A stretch of DNA of 64,000 bases from Polymyxa betae A26-41 (lineage: Eukaryota; Protista; Endomyxa: Phytomyxea), in the NCBI GenBank assembly GCA_003693705.1, contig RBZT01000176.1, positions 1 through 64,000 on the forward strand, in the 5' to 3' direction. Below the pieces are notes generated by a model, which made no database searches, was not told the DNA's origin, and saw only the letters and a list, made by a program, of their open reading frames with translations. The position numbers and the translations under genes were made by a program. Shown one piece after another: positions 10,942-25,222 of the stretch (the first letter of the stretch is position 1; each line of letters begins with the position of its first letter).

Positions 10942-13231
10942 ATGCCAGCTGTTCTTGATAAACGATTATCCATTGATGGAGACGCAAACGAATATCTTAT
11001 TGAAGGTCTGCTCGCTTGCTGCAATCCGAGAGACATTCATATTCGGGTTTTGTAGGAGAGGATGGGTCGCAGACCTGGAAATCGGAGGAATATCTTCGAG
11101 ATAACTATGAAGATTGCCCTGTAGTTTATATCGATTCGGGTCAGAAGTATCAGCTGCCTGAGGCTGACATTGCAAATTCTGTTGAGGAATCCACAGGCTC
11201 TTCAATCAGAATTGATTCAGCTCAACATCTTCTGCAGTCGATTTCGTCAGATGATGATGGGTCACGGTCTCCCTCTCCTGTTCGCAGAAGCCCACCCATT
11301 GTTCCTCCAGATATCCCATCTTCTGAGACCAATGGGGTACCTGAACCAGATGTTGAGACACCTACTCCTGATTCCCCATCTCCCATTACCATGGGTGAAT
11401 TATTAACTCGACAAGAATCAGAGATTGCTTCTTGCATTGGCAACCTTGTTATCCAAGATCGACATCCATTCATCAATCACGCAATCAAAAAATTCAGTCA
11501 TGAAATGATGTTAAGGTCTGCTCCAGTTTCTATCCTGGACCATTAATTGTCTGAATATCTGAACCAGCTTTATGAAAAATGGGGCATTTCTGTCGGAGAT
11601 TGAATCTTGGTGTCGCGATGCCATTGATAATCAAGATGCCGGTTTTGTTGAAGATCTTTTGCTTTTTGTTGAGTTACTTCCTGTACCTGATGCCTTCTGT
11701 GTTGATTCTTTATTCCAACTTCTTTCCAAATCAAGAATTTTTGCCGCCATTGATTGCTCTTTGCTTGTCTCAAGAATCGTGGACAAATGGACTCTGAAAT
11801 TCCCAAAACAATTCGAGTATGGCTTCCTCGCTATCGGGTTTATTTATGCTGCAGCATGTATCTGATCGTATTGAATTGTTTAGCAAATCGAATGGAGAAA
11901 AACCTAACGAAGATACGGGAACAGGAACGCCATCGGGATCGATGAAAGCATCATTAACCCCCAATCCTGCGTCAAGTCGTTCAAACAAGCCTCCATTTAA
12001 TCCGAAATCTGGTCAGAATCGTCGCAGTCGACGTACACAACCGGCGCATTGTTCTAGGAAAGCTTCTCCTCGCTTCTCGCCTGGTCGATCTCGCCGATCT
12101 GATATGGATTCTGATCGTCAGTCACCAATGTTTCGCCGTCAGTCGCCACCCCGTCGTCCGCCTTCGCCTCCTAAAATGTTCGATCAACTGGGTTCTGCTC
12201 GAAGATCTGACAATGATGGTAATTTCTCTAGAATCCACCCTCCCCGTCAATCATTTATCGCTGGACGCGTTTCTGAAAACAAAAGCTCGTATGATGTACG
12301 CTCAGGGCCAGAAAGCCGCTCATCGCCTTACCAGCATGATTCTCAGCGAGGAATACCGCGACCCTCATCATCTCCCACTAAACGCGAGGTTGGTGATCGC
12401 TCGGTAACTGGTTCATATCGATTCAACTCTGGATCCGATTCTCGCCCTCGGGATATGGTCAGATTTTCTTCAAGTAATTCAGCTAATTCCACTCCATACA
12501 GTCGCCAGCCTTCAAAACTTAGCATTAAGTACGTTGACGATTCCGATAAAGAGCATTACAGCGGCTCTGGCAAACGCAAATCGTATGGTCGCTCAGATAT
12601 CCCAGATGTCAGCCATTCCAGCGCCAAACGCGAATCAGATTTCGACAGACCCCGCGGTCCAGTTCCAGTTTCATACAAATCGGGGATGCCTGATTCCAGG
12701 CACTCCAAGTATTCGTATGATGATGATCATTCCCGATCTCAGAGACAGTCTCAATTGCTGTCGTTGAATGATAGGTCAGTTCCTTCTCACTCAGCCAGAT
12801 CGCGATCACCGCCTCCGTATCGCAACGATGAAAGAATATATGTACCAGAAGCTTCAAGAGATTTTCGACGGTACGAGGAACCCGCTTCCAAACGTAATGG
12901 ACCAAAGGATTACCGAGATGATCAGTCTTTCCGACGCGATGAATACCGCCGGAATGATCCTCATTCCGATAGTAAAGATTACCGTCGAGAGTTTCCTCAA
13001 GATATTCGGCGAGATGAACCTCGATTTAAACGTAATGACATCGCTCATGATGTTAAACCTTCAGCATCGAAAAGGAAGTCAGATTTCAAGTGGCCTCATG
13101 ATGGCCCAAACAAGACAATGCGTCTTTCCGATTTTGAACGGAAAGAGCTGGTTGCCAAAGGTGCTTGTTTATATTGCCGAAAGCCTGGCCATACCATCGA
13201 AAGTTGCAGAACACGGCCAGCTCGCTCTTAA
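10942..13231 (+). CDS. Nuclear protein: chromo-like N-terminus, TFIIS-N (TND)-like helical domain, long Ser/Arg/Asp-rich region, C-terminal CCHC zinc knuckle; about 4 exons
   Basis: VLDKRLSIDGDANEYLIEG|EDGSQTWKSEEYL; FLSEIESWCRDA...LLLFVELLPV...LVSRIVDKW; CLYCRKPGHTIESC. GT-AG introns join ORFs 11016, 11572 and 11819. Confidence 0.65.
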
Positions 13232-14068
13232 TAGCTGAGCTATCCATCATCGCTATATACAGCTAATCAAATCGGTTCTCGGGTTTTGTGGAAGCTCCTG
13301 TTAAACCGTTGCTGAATTAACTTGTACTTAACACCATAGTTAACGTAAGGATTCCTGTCTGTATCCTTCTCCCAGAATAGGGTTCAATTGTTGGAGCGTC
13401 TCGCTGAAGTGCATCTCTCAGCTAATGGCTTTAAATGTAAAGTAAAATACTGTCAAGATCAGCATTTGTATAACTCTACAACAGTCCTTGAATAATGAAT
13501 GCTTTCAGCTAAATTTTTCAGAGCATTCTTTCTTATTTTGTCGCCTTGTTCCCGGCGACCAATAAGGGAATACTGTGTTTCGGCGACGTTAAAACTTCAC
13601 CGCTCATAGACCCTTCTTGCGTCGCTGAACTCTCTGCTTAGTTTTTTGCCTACAGTACAACGGCAAATTTCTTGATTTAGGACAGTTTCTACCCTCCTAA
13701 CCTAATGCGAATGGATCAAGAAACAAGCCAAATCTTTGCATGATGGTTTCTTAAATTCAACGGGGACATCTTGCGCTGATGAAACAGCTACACCCGTTGA
13801 ACATCAAATTTAATGATTATATACATTCTTATTTGCTAAATATTTTCTTTACTGCATGTAGGTCTGCAGATCCGGTTCGAGGCATTCGATGACATGTTTC
13901 TTCGTCAAGAGTTAAACAAGTCGATTCTGTCCAGCAGATAATCAGTTGAAGGTGGTCGCGCCGACTTCAAAAGTCGTTCTGGAAGGACGTTACTGGATTA
14001 TTAAGTGCGACAGAGGATTCAAGTGTTACAAGTCGCAGTTTTGTTGTAATAAGACGCTCCTGATCTGA

Positions 14069-15020
<952 letters not shown>

Positions 15021-15255
15021 TTCCGATTCTTGCTAGCTTTAATATCGCTATACCTGTATCCATCTAATGTCAATTTGATTGTAGGTCATAAAATCAGCAA
15101 TGTTCTCATGTGATCTTGTTTTCATAAGCTGCTTGTTATTGTCATAATCTGTATCTGTTTATCGGAGAGTGTTGGATTCCGATCTGGTTGACCACAAACA
15201 ACCCGGAGTCCTGGCATTAAGTCTTTCCGATTTTCTCATAAGATTCTTGCACACG

Positions 15256-16312
15256 ATGAAGATCTTGACGTTTGTCATCGCGTCTGTTAGCATTGCTACG
15301 AGTTCAGCATTAAATCTGCTTCAGTTGGCGGAATCGCAACCTTCTCTTAGCAGTTTCTTGTTATACGTCAATGCATCTGGTCTCAATAACACATTGTCAG
15401 CTTCTGGTTCTCTAACAGTGTTCGCACCGGATGATGCTGCTTTTGATAATGTCACCATGCCCAATAGCAGTGATCAGATTGCTGAGATTATTCAATCACA
15501 CCTAGTTGAAGGCAATCTCAGTTTGGCGATGCTAAACGGGAGTCTGAGTTCCTTGAATGGTGAATCACTGGATGTTCTCACTTCGACGTCGATGCCATCC
15601 AGCGCAGCTGGCGCTTCTAACACGTCTTCAAAGCTAGTGAACGGCGCTAATATTCTAGAACCTGATCTCTATGCAGATAATGGTATTCTAATGATCATTG
15701 ATAAAGTAGGAAATGCTGTAATTTGAGAGCTTTTTACTCAAGTTTGCAGGTTTTAATTCCAGGAGGAGGAAATATTGCTGAAGAAGAAGCCACTGAACCA
15801 GAAACCCCGGAACAAGAACCTGAGCCATCAACACCTTCCGAAGAACGTGAACCTGATCAGGATCAAGGTGGCACCTCTGATCAGCAACCTTCCGATAATG
15901 GAAGCGCTTCAGATCATGACCAAGGTGATCCGGAAGACGCTTCTGATCAGGGAAATATTAACGGCCGAACTGGAATTACAAACCAAACTGATCAAGGAGG
16001 CGATCAAGAGCCCTCTCACCAAGATCGCGGTCAAATCGTTTTCCTCATTGGTTGGTTTCTAACTAATGTTCACGTGTTGCTGCAGGTACTGATACTGATC
16101 CGGTTGCTGCTGCTGACAATACTCCCGCAAGTAATATCACTCAAACGACGTTGTCACCAGCAGCGAATGCATCACAGTCAACACCTGAATCAAATGGTCT
16201 ACCGACATCAACATCAATGCCGTCATTAAATTCCCAAGAATCCAGTATTCCTGGGTCGCCTGTGCCGTCAACTCGCTATCCCATTCCTTCTGAAAACAGT
16301 GTTGGACAGTAA
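15256..16312 (+). CDS. Secreted fasciclin (FAS1) domain protein with acidic and Ser/Thr/Pro-rich tail, 3 exons
   Basis: Signal peptide MKILTFVIASVSIATSSA; FAS1 H1 TVFAPDDAAF and H2 ADNGILMIIDK|VL. Confidence 0.85.
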
Positions 16313-16467
16313 TAGACATCTACTCTATGATGATAGAGCCACTGAATAGAATTATATCTCTTCTGATGTCAGCTTATATAAATTCATGGGCAAGATATTT
16401 TCTGTTGCACACGCCCTTCCATGCGAACGTAAATCTGTTTGTTGTTGGAAATCATATTTCAACGATA

Positions 16468-17013
16468 ATGCTGGGAATATTATCCAAGGTTCTAACACCG
16501 AAAACCTTAAGAGAAGAATACGAAGAGTCGTTAGTAAAAGAAGGTTGAATGTGTGACAAATGGCGGTAAGAGAGTTGAATAACGATATGCAGGCGCTGGG
16601 GAAGATTGGGGCGAAGTATCTGATGATGATGTTGCCAATCATATAGTTCCTTTAGATAACATCCTGGACCTAGAAGCTGCACGAGAGGTAGCATTATTCC
16701 AGGTCAGAGCCATCACATCCATCTCGTAATCTCTTACAGTAGTTAGGCGGCAGCTCGGAACGATGTCAAGTCAGGATCATATCTAATTGCAGAAGGTGCT
16801 GAAGTAAACTGCCAGGATGCAGACAATCTCTGCACAGCTCTACATGTGGCTTGCAGCTGTGGAAATTTAGGTGTCGCAGAGCTCTTAGTACGAGCTGGTG
16901 CTGATATGGAATTATGCAATAAGGATGGCAAGAAAGCAACAGATTTGGCTCAGCAGAACGGCTATCGTGACATAGTCTTGATATTAAATCTACTTAGCCA
17001 TGATCTTTGCTAA
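16468..17013 (+). CDS. Small ankyrin-repeat protein, 3 exons (not in ORF track)
   Basis: Spliced MLGILSKVLTPK...EG|AGEDWGE...ALFQ|AAARNDV...GAEVNCQDADNLCTALHVACSCGNLGVAELLVRAGADMELCNKDGKKATDLA. Confidence 0.8.
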
Positions 17014-17839
17014 CATTTCGTTAGCCAAAATAAAGATCGATCTAAATCAGAAAATGAAACGTAAATGATTTTTTGGAATGAGCGACAAGTTGGTAAAATT
17101 GGAACTCTGTGAAGATCCCGAACCGAACTGTCTAGGTAGGTGGTGATTCCGAGCCGAGCTTCGCTCATCATCTTTAAACCAATAGACAGCCCAGTCCCAA
17201 AGTTCATTCATGAAAATGCTCTCTTCACAATACATCGATTGTCATCTTGACTTCAGATTTAGTCGAGAGTTTAGATTGAACGTGGTCAAGCTTAGACGGT
17301 TAACGGTTGATCTATACAAGCAATTACATGCGAGCTTGAGTTCTTACCAGCTTGCGACCGTTGAAGTCAATACTGATCCACCATATGCTGCCTTATAAGG
17401 CCCTCAAGATCCTCGTTCCTGTTTTCTAAAACCTCTCAAGTCTTTGAACAGAGAGACGGGCAGCTACATTCTTTACTAATTATAATCGAGCAAGCTTTGC
17501 ATTTATTAACGTCCGGATTCAGGCGGGAGTCCTCTATTTAACGTTGATCAGAAGAAATTTTTTTCTGAAAGTCAATCAGATTTATTTACAATTGTTGTCT
17601 GCTTCTCAATGAATAATCATTACGTAAGATTATTGGGTTAAATCGATATCCATTTGATAAAATGTCAATGGAAAGGCTGTTACTGATCCTGGCAAAGTCA
17701 CGTTCCATGATCTATACAATATCAGTCACTGCAAGCCTTTCTCAGATTCTGATCAAACTTTACCTGTTACAAAAACCCATCCTGTGGGTGATATGCAGAA
17801 ATCAAACTCTCTTTGAGTACGAACTTAAACCTGGCTCTA

Positions 17840-19133
17840 GATCATCAATTGGGCTGGGGATAAATCATTGCCGAATTCACCAAGCATATCATCTCTAAAT
17901 ACAGGAATTAATGATCATCTTCCACCAACTGTTAATAGCCAACATGACTGGAGTAGTCCTGTTATACAATCTGCATCAACTGCTCTTAAAAGTCTCAAAA
18001 TGGTGAACATTATGCCATCAAAGGAAGGCGAATCTGCAACAGTCCAACGTCAGTTTACTGAAAAAGGTGGTCAGTATCTTAAAGGAAGATTTACATTCCA
18101 AGAAAAAGAGCGTTTGAGGCAAGCAATTATTCGTTATGTTGAGGTATGTAAAGTGCATAATGAAAGTATCAGATTGTGGGAATTTAGTTCTGTTCACAGG
18201 AGCATGATCTGGGTTCTAACGGAATTCAATTATTATGTGCCAAGGAAAGGAGGCCTGAATTAAGAGGAGCTTGGGCTACGATCGGTAATGCCTCTATAGC
18301 TGATCATTAATCTAGTCCTAACGTGATATTTAGCATCGGTAGTGCCTCAAAGATCAGTTAGCTCATGTTATCACTTTTGCACTAGAGCATTCTCTGCCCG
18401 ATCAACTGGCCGATGGACAGAAAAGGATATCGATCTTCTCAGGTTTGTGTACACTTCTTTTGCTGTAAATACTCAATTCAAGATACTATTAGAGACATGG
18501 TTGCTAAACATGGTCGAAAGTGGACAGTTATCGGAGCATTAATTAAAAGGCTGCCGTGTTCATGCAGAGATAAATGGAGGTATACACAATGTACAATATT
18601 TCCAATCGCGGTTGACAGCAGCTTCTAGGCTGATTGAAAAGAAAAATCTCTGGTCGTTAAATGACGATAATCTCTTGATATGTCATGTGATGGCCAACAG
18701 CGAGGTCGTTTCTAAAGACATTGGAAAGCATTCACAACAAGAAGCGATGAAACGCTGGGTCTCGAGATACCGCGATTTGATATTCGGCGAGAAACGACAG
18801 ATCCTAACTCGAAATGATGTGATTCTGCTGGAGAAGGTGATCGACATGAATCCTGTCAATTCGCTAGACATTCATTGGCCTGATATTCTTCCTGTGGGCG
18901 ACTGGTAATGGTTAAACGTTTGTTTGGAATCATGAAATCATGATCTTGTGATATGCAGGCCAGGAGCTTTCTGCATGTGGCGATGGGAAATAATCTCCAG
19001 ATTCACAAAGATGGTGCATCTACAGCGTCCTGCTAAGGTTGCTGAATGGATGCTGAACAATATGGTGATGCAGAACGAAAACTGTAGAAGTGACCCCAGC
19101 ACTCCCGATGGCAGTACAAATTTATCAAGATAA
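17840..19133 (+). CDS. Myb-repeat DNA-binding protein, Reb1/TTF1/DMTF1-like; 5' end unresolved (may extend to about 17200)
   Basis: KGRFTFQEKERLRQAI..., TGRWTEKDIDLLR|DMVAKHGRKWTVIGALIKRLPCSCRDKWR. Confidence 0.75.
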
Positions 19134-19446
19134 TCAAAATTGACCTGTCAGTTACTGTATACGAACGGGACATTTAGACAAGTACTTTTATTTACAATGA
19201 AACTTTTCTATTGTACATCAACATCCCACATTATTGTAAATGTATGTTAATCATGCATTCGTAGAAAACAGAAATCAGGATGTCAAGGACAAAGGGTCAA
19301 CTGTCGCAAGTCTATATGATGACACATTCATAGTTAAGAATGGAGTAGGAAGTACCCCGGTAGCGCAGCCTCCCATATCCATCTACCTATAAGGCTGCCG
19401 TAGAGATCAATACAATACATTGTATGGGTGTCCAGATCTCCATTGC

Positions 19447-20452
19447 ATGATGGCTTCCAATACACATGTTATACCTGGCAGTGGCATACGGGATGTCTGG
19501 GCCGACAATCTCCTCGAGGAGCTTGACCATATCATGGATCTTATCGTCCGGTATCCCTATGTATCTATCGACACAGAGTTCCCTGGAGTCGTCCTCAGAC
19601 CCATCGGCTCGTTTACTCATGATACAACTTCCACGTATCGCTACCAAGTTGTGAGGGTTCGTTTATGTGCTCCCCCTTGTGAGGAATCTCTTTTCTAATA
19701 ATGTCTTTTTTAGACGAACGTCGATATGCTATCATTGATTCAGATCGCGTTCTCCTTTGCTGACGAAAACAACCGAAAACCAGAGGGAATTCACACGTGG
19801 CAGTTCAATCTGAAATTTGATATTAAGTATGTCGCATAACATTTTTTTTTTCGTATAATTTCTGTTCGCTTTTCTGCATTTTTCGTTTTTTATAGCATTT
19901 GCTGATCAAAGTTATTTCAGCTCCGATGTTTTCTCGCAAGAATCCATCGAGATGTTAATGGCAGCGGGAATCGATTTTAATGAATTGGCCAAACGTGGAA
20001 TTGAGGGCCATATATTGGCTGAACATTTAATCGTGTCTGGCATTGTATTAAATCCTGATGTACATTTTATTGCCTTCCATTCGGGTTATGACTTCGCCTA
20101 CCTCCTTCGGCTTCTGTGTGCATTCCCATTACCGAAAACGCATGCTGCATTTCTGGAACTTGTCCAGATTTATTTTCCGAATATTTATGATGTCAAATAT
20201 TTGATGCGGTAGGTCGTATTGAAAGTGCTGTACTCTGTCACTAAAAGGCGCTTTTACAGGTCTTGTGAATCGCTTCATGGAGGTCTGTCTCAATTAGCAT
20301 CGGGTTTGAACATTACCAGATCTGGTATCAGACATCAAGCAGGTAGCGATGCCCTCCTAACTGCTGATGCCTTTTTTGCTATGAAATCGAAATTTTTCGA
20401 TGATGTTATCAATAACGACAAGTTCAAAGATGTCATATATGGGTTAACATGA
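19447..20452 (+). CDS. CAF1: CCR4-NOT deadenylase Caf1/Pop2 (CNOT7/8)
   Basis: IRDVWADNL...YPYVSIDTEFPGVV, FHSGYDFAYL, NIYDVKYLM, HQAGSDALLT. Confidence 0.95.
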
Positions 20453-20668
20453 TGCACAAAACTTCCAAGTCTTCTAATTATGTACTGTTCTAATTATTTT
20501 CCTGAGTTGTACAAAGCTTATTATAATTTAATCTGGAGAATTTAATTGACTGCATCGCAATTTGCATTGTAGACGACAGACTTCGAATGTTTAGTCAAGA
20601 TCTCTAGATCATATTTATTCGATATGCAAAACAAAACTTGGATAGAGTTAAACACAATCTTTAAACGA

Positions 20669-21737
20669 TTACTGGGTTTGCTTGTCAAGGTTAACAATGG
20701 CCAAGATGAACTGATATGTCATCTTGAGCCATTGTGTAATGCCTTGTTTTCTTGGAACCTCTAATACCGGCCAACGACATCGATATGCGCACACAGCAGC
20801 TAATCCCTTTTTTGTTTTTCGAACGTAATCAAGCACGCAGGCCGTGTGAAATACTTTGCCACACATATATTCGCAATGAAGCCTTTCACCACCAGTTCTT
20901 TCTAAACAGATCGCGCACGTAGCATCACTCATCACTTCTCGATACGCATTCTGTTCAGCATCAGTTAATTGGTAAAGATGATTACGAGGAATAGCCTTCG
21001 GCATATTCTTTCTCAAATTGCTAGCCGTGTCAAGAATCTCTTTCACCACCCCATCTGGATCAACACCTTTAGAAGCAACATATTTGGCCATAGCGTCTTG
21101 AGCCAAATCGAGCCAGAGAGATTGCAAAGGAAATGTGATCACGAGTTCTGCATCATAATTCAGTCACAAAACTCAGCTGTTTAATAAATGACAAACCTTG
21201 CCATGGTTTAGGATCTTCAGGAGTAGAAACAGCGATTGAAGGATCCACATATTTGGTCTTCGATATGAGCTCAGATGTTGCCTGAATCGCCTGAAACTCT
21301 TTGACGCAAATTCGTTTGTAATTCTCTAATTCTTCGACTGAAAACCGTTTGAAGATTGTGCTCAAGAGATTGACCCGATCGGCCAATCTCAACCAGAATC
21401 TGAAGAAATCCAAATAGTCGATCGTCTTGTTATCCCAAATCTCGTCAGCTGTTATGACCAGGCTGTCAAACATCTTATCGATATCAGAGAGACACTCATC
21501 ATTCTTGATGTCATCTATTAATCCTTGTGGGAAGCGGGATTTATAGGACAGATTAAGTCTTGTTAAGCGAAGAGCAAGGGGGATCGAAGTATCTTCTTCA
21601 AGTTTGGTGAGTAGAGGAATGACCTTATCTGCGACAAAGGCCTGGTGGTCCACGATTGAAGTGGAAGCAGTCAAATCAATGAAACAAACGCATAGTAACA
21701 ATGCTAAAACCATATGACCAATCATGTCTGGTTTCAA
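20669..21737 (-). CDS. Secreted protein with C-terminal C4HC3 RING-variant finger (candidate effector E3 ligase), 2 exons
   Basis: Signal peptide MIGHMVLALLLCVCFIDLTAS; intron at about 21148-21196; CAICLERTGGERLHCEYMCGKVFHTAC...CAYRC. Confidence 0.75.
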
Positions 21738-23599
21738 TAATTACCAATTGCCTGTATCTTATAGATAACAAAGACAACAGCAGAAAGGGTTCTCGATTTC
21801 AAGGCAGGTCGAATCTAGACGAGATTCCCCGCTCGACATCCACCATACTCCGCACGCAGATTTCTCAGAATATTACTCCTATCAGCTACCTACTATACGC
21901 AACTCTCTTTAAAGTTAAACTGAAAAATTTCCGGCTGCGCAATAAATGAAATGTGCACTATCCATGTCACACTTAGACCCTGGTTCAAGTACATACTTAG
22001 ACGCCTCGGACAATTTCAGAAATTGCTGTCAAAGTAAATCGCCCATCAATTTATCAAGAAATAGATGAACAGTTTTTGCGTGAGTGCCGCAACAAATTCT
22101 GCGTCTGTTCTGAATGGGCGCAGTTTGTTTACGTATAAGATTCACGTTCCTGTTCTTGTTACCTTGCTTCCAGAGTAGCCTCATTGCAGTTTCCAATTGT
22201 AATTGCCGTAATAAAGCCTGTGCAAATGAACTCCGAGCAGATCTCAACGTGTGCCCTGCCAACGATCCCCTCCTGTCACTGAAACCGACACTAGAACCAG
22301 GGTTCATGCTGCAATCATTCCAGCCGCTAGGGTCGTTAATGAAACCACCAGATCCCCTGTAACAGCAGCAGCAACAATCGGATCTTTGAAAAAAATGCAA
22401 TTTTATTGCGTATTCTTGACCTGAAATAGTCGTCTATTTCAGAAAAGGACCCCACGGGGCACGGAGATCATATTGGAAATAGCCAACTCGCAATCTGATT
22501 GGTGGGAGCATCAATTGCGCCACGGGGTCTATTTACTGAACCAGGGTCTTAAAGTTGATACTGTTATCAAATCAAAATGTAAGATATGAGACCACTTATC
22601 TCCATTCAATCTGTTCATTGCATATATCAATTACATTTGTGCTGGCAACTGCTTCAACACCTTCATATTGCCCAACAAAAAGCCTTTTGAGGTAGCCAGT
22701 AACGGTGTCTTGTTTTTGTCTGATGGGTTTTCATCTAGAAATGAATATTATCTTTGATTCGAGATCCATAATATGGAGTCTTGCTAGGTAGACGCTATCG
22801 ACGTCTTTTCCAGGTTCTTTTTAATGAAAACTTGCAGCAACCAACGTTCCTATAGCAAGTTCAACCTTTTTAAAGAATTCACTAAAACAAAACAGTCAAA
22901 TGTTAACGCGACTTACAAGAAGTCAAGAACCAATCTTATCCGATAGTAGGTCTTCTAAAAGTATTGACACTTTGCTTTTGGAAATAGTAGCTGCGTAATT
23001 TGGAGCTTAATTGCACGAATAATGTCTCTAAACAGGACAGCAGGTTCAGACTTCTTGAATTGTTCCAAGCAGAAGAATTTATCGAGTATATCTTATCTGA
23101 GCTAGACCCATCACCGTCCTCAATTCAACTTATAACACGCTGTGCAAAACTCAAATAAACTCTTCTCAAAGATCCAGTGAGATTAGCATTGACACTTCGA
23201 CTTTACATGTAATTAATGCAGATGTCGAATGCTTTGAAATAAGATCTTTCGTCTTATTGCAATGACAGGCCGGACCTTTACGATAAAATCTGCGAATTTA
23301 GAGAAAAACAAGAAAAGCACTTATTAGCAGTACATACATAGAGAAAGAGCTATATGGCATCACAGCATATAGAACACGTTTATCTAGCGAAGATTACAGA
23401 TCGGTATTCAAGCAAATTGAAGGAAAAGGAATCGTCTTAGTTTGCTGAATAAAATTAACAGGCTGTGCTGTCATCTTCATCACAAGGCTGTTACTGATGC
23501 TTTGGTTTAGAGCAAGAACAATCAAGAATACGCCCGTTTAAGCAGATTGAAAACAGAAAATGAGATGTATTTCAGTGTATTGATTGTAAAATAGATAAT

Positions 23600-25019
23600 C
23601 TAGTTGCGCTTGAGATATTTCGTGATCGCTTCATTATCAGGTTTGTGAGGTTTATCAACGAATCCATATTGTCGGCAATTCCAACATTTCTGTAGAGTAC
23701 CAACCTTGACCTAAGTGTAATTTACATTCTAGATGTGTAAATTTGACACATGAGAAGCATGCATAAGCAGGCTTAATAATTGGGAATGTAGATAGAACAG
23801 ATCCTTTCTCTCTTATAGAAGCTACATAGTCAATAACAGTTCCTTGATCTCCAGGACCACGATCTTCATCTTTAGGCGTGTATCCTTCTTGATGTTTCGC
23901 CTGCCATTTGTAATAATTAGGATCAACATATTCCAGACATGATATACATGTTGGATCATAATCACGTTTAGCCGCTTCAGCATGAATATCAATTGGTTCT
24001 GATTGACCGCAAGCTTTAACAATACGATGTTCTTGTTCATCAGCAAACCACCATGGCTGTACTGAATCAATATCAATAACATGATGCTCAGAGGTCGAGG
24101 CTCCTTTATCGCTCATATTACCGCCATCATTATCAATGTCAGAACTGCTGGCGATATCTTCTTGGATAACCTCCTTTTCAGGTTCGCTCGAAGGCAATTC
24201 TTGCTTTGGTTCGGGAAGGTATTCTCGTTGAAGATAATCGAGCCACATACGATTCATAGCTCGGAATAGACGTTGATCAACTAATGGATGACGATAGAAA
24301 GCAGCTTCATAAGCATTATAAACTTTCTGGATCGTAGAGCCCAACCAATATAGATCAAGCCAGATCCATCCTTCAGGTAATTTCATGGAATAAAATCGAC
24401 GTTCACCCCTTTGTTCGACAACTAAATATGGAGCACAATCAACCATATAGCAACCCATACGTAAAACTATCTCATTATATTCTTGATGATATTGTTCATG
24501 TAGTGGTAACCAGAACATTGCTTGATCGAAGAATTAGAGAAAGTTAGAAGCTTGTTGCCACAATAAGAGATCTCCCTTCAATAATATAGTTGGTATTGGA
24601 TCATCAGTTCTGTTCTCTTCTTCCATAGTCTTTGAGCTGCTGTATTTCACCACTAATCGACGACTGAATTCAATTAATTCTTTCATAACCTGACTAGTGA
24701 ATATATTTGCATTAGTGATAGCATCACATTGGGCATCAGAAGGAATCATTTCACCATTTGCCATATTAAGCTGACGACGGGCTTGTAGATAGTATTTGAA
24801 TGAGATATCAGCAGCATTGTAATAGAATGTTTGATCACAATGTTGTTCAGGATGACGGATTAATTGTAGGACTGATTGGATCTCTTCAGGTAATACATCA
24901 ATATTGATATTAATAGGAATAGTATGAAGGAATAGTTGAGGATTATCTTGAATTAATGTAGAGCTGATAGAGATACAGCTCTGTACAATACACAGTATGA
25001 TGATGATATAATACATCAT
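23600..25019 (-). pseudogene. Disrupted secreted C4HC3 RING/PHD-type protein, probable distant paralog of 20669-21737
   Basis: Signal peptide MMYYIIIILCIVQSCIS. ORFs 24534-25019 and 23655-24518 are in frame, separated by one TAA. CISC...CFSCVKFTHLEC is present, while the final KCWNCRQ lies in another frame at about 23690. Confidence 0.65.
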
Positions 25020-25222
25020 GATGAACTAATGAGATGAGATCATACAAATACCGTAGTAACAGGGTCCGTAGATCTGATCACGTTACAGTTCCCTGTACTA
25101 CGCAGTCCTTGTATATATGTACGGGATTACATCTCGGGACGGGAACCCCCGTAATCCTCCATTACTTGTATTAATACATCCACGTTGAAGCCTGGTTAAT
25201 ACATTCTAACAACAAAGATGAT

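Noticed and set aside
21950-23600. Short ORFs and exon-like fragments that might be a transposon
   Set aside because: No transposase, RT or integrase motif or terminal repeat was recognised. Probably degenerate sequence, but it cannot be called.
24534-24536. In-frame TAA as evidence of a non-standard genetic code or readthrough
   Set aside because: TAA terminates many conserved genes in the window (RPB8, RAB11, RAB7, VMA8), and the same gene also has a frameshift.
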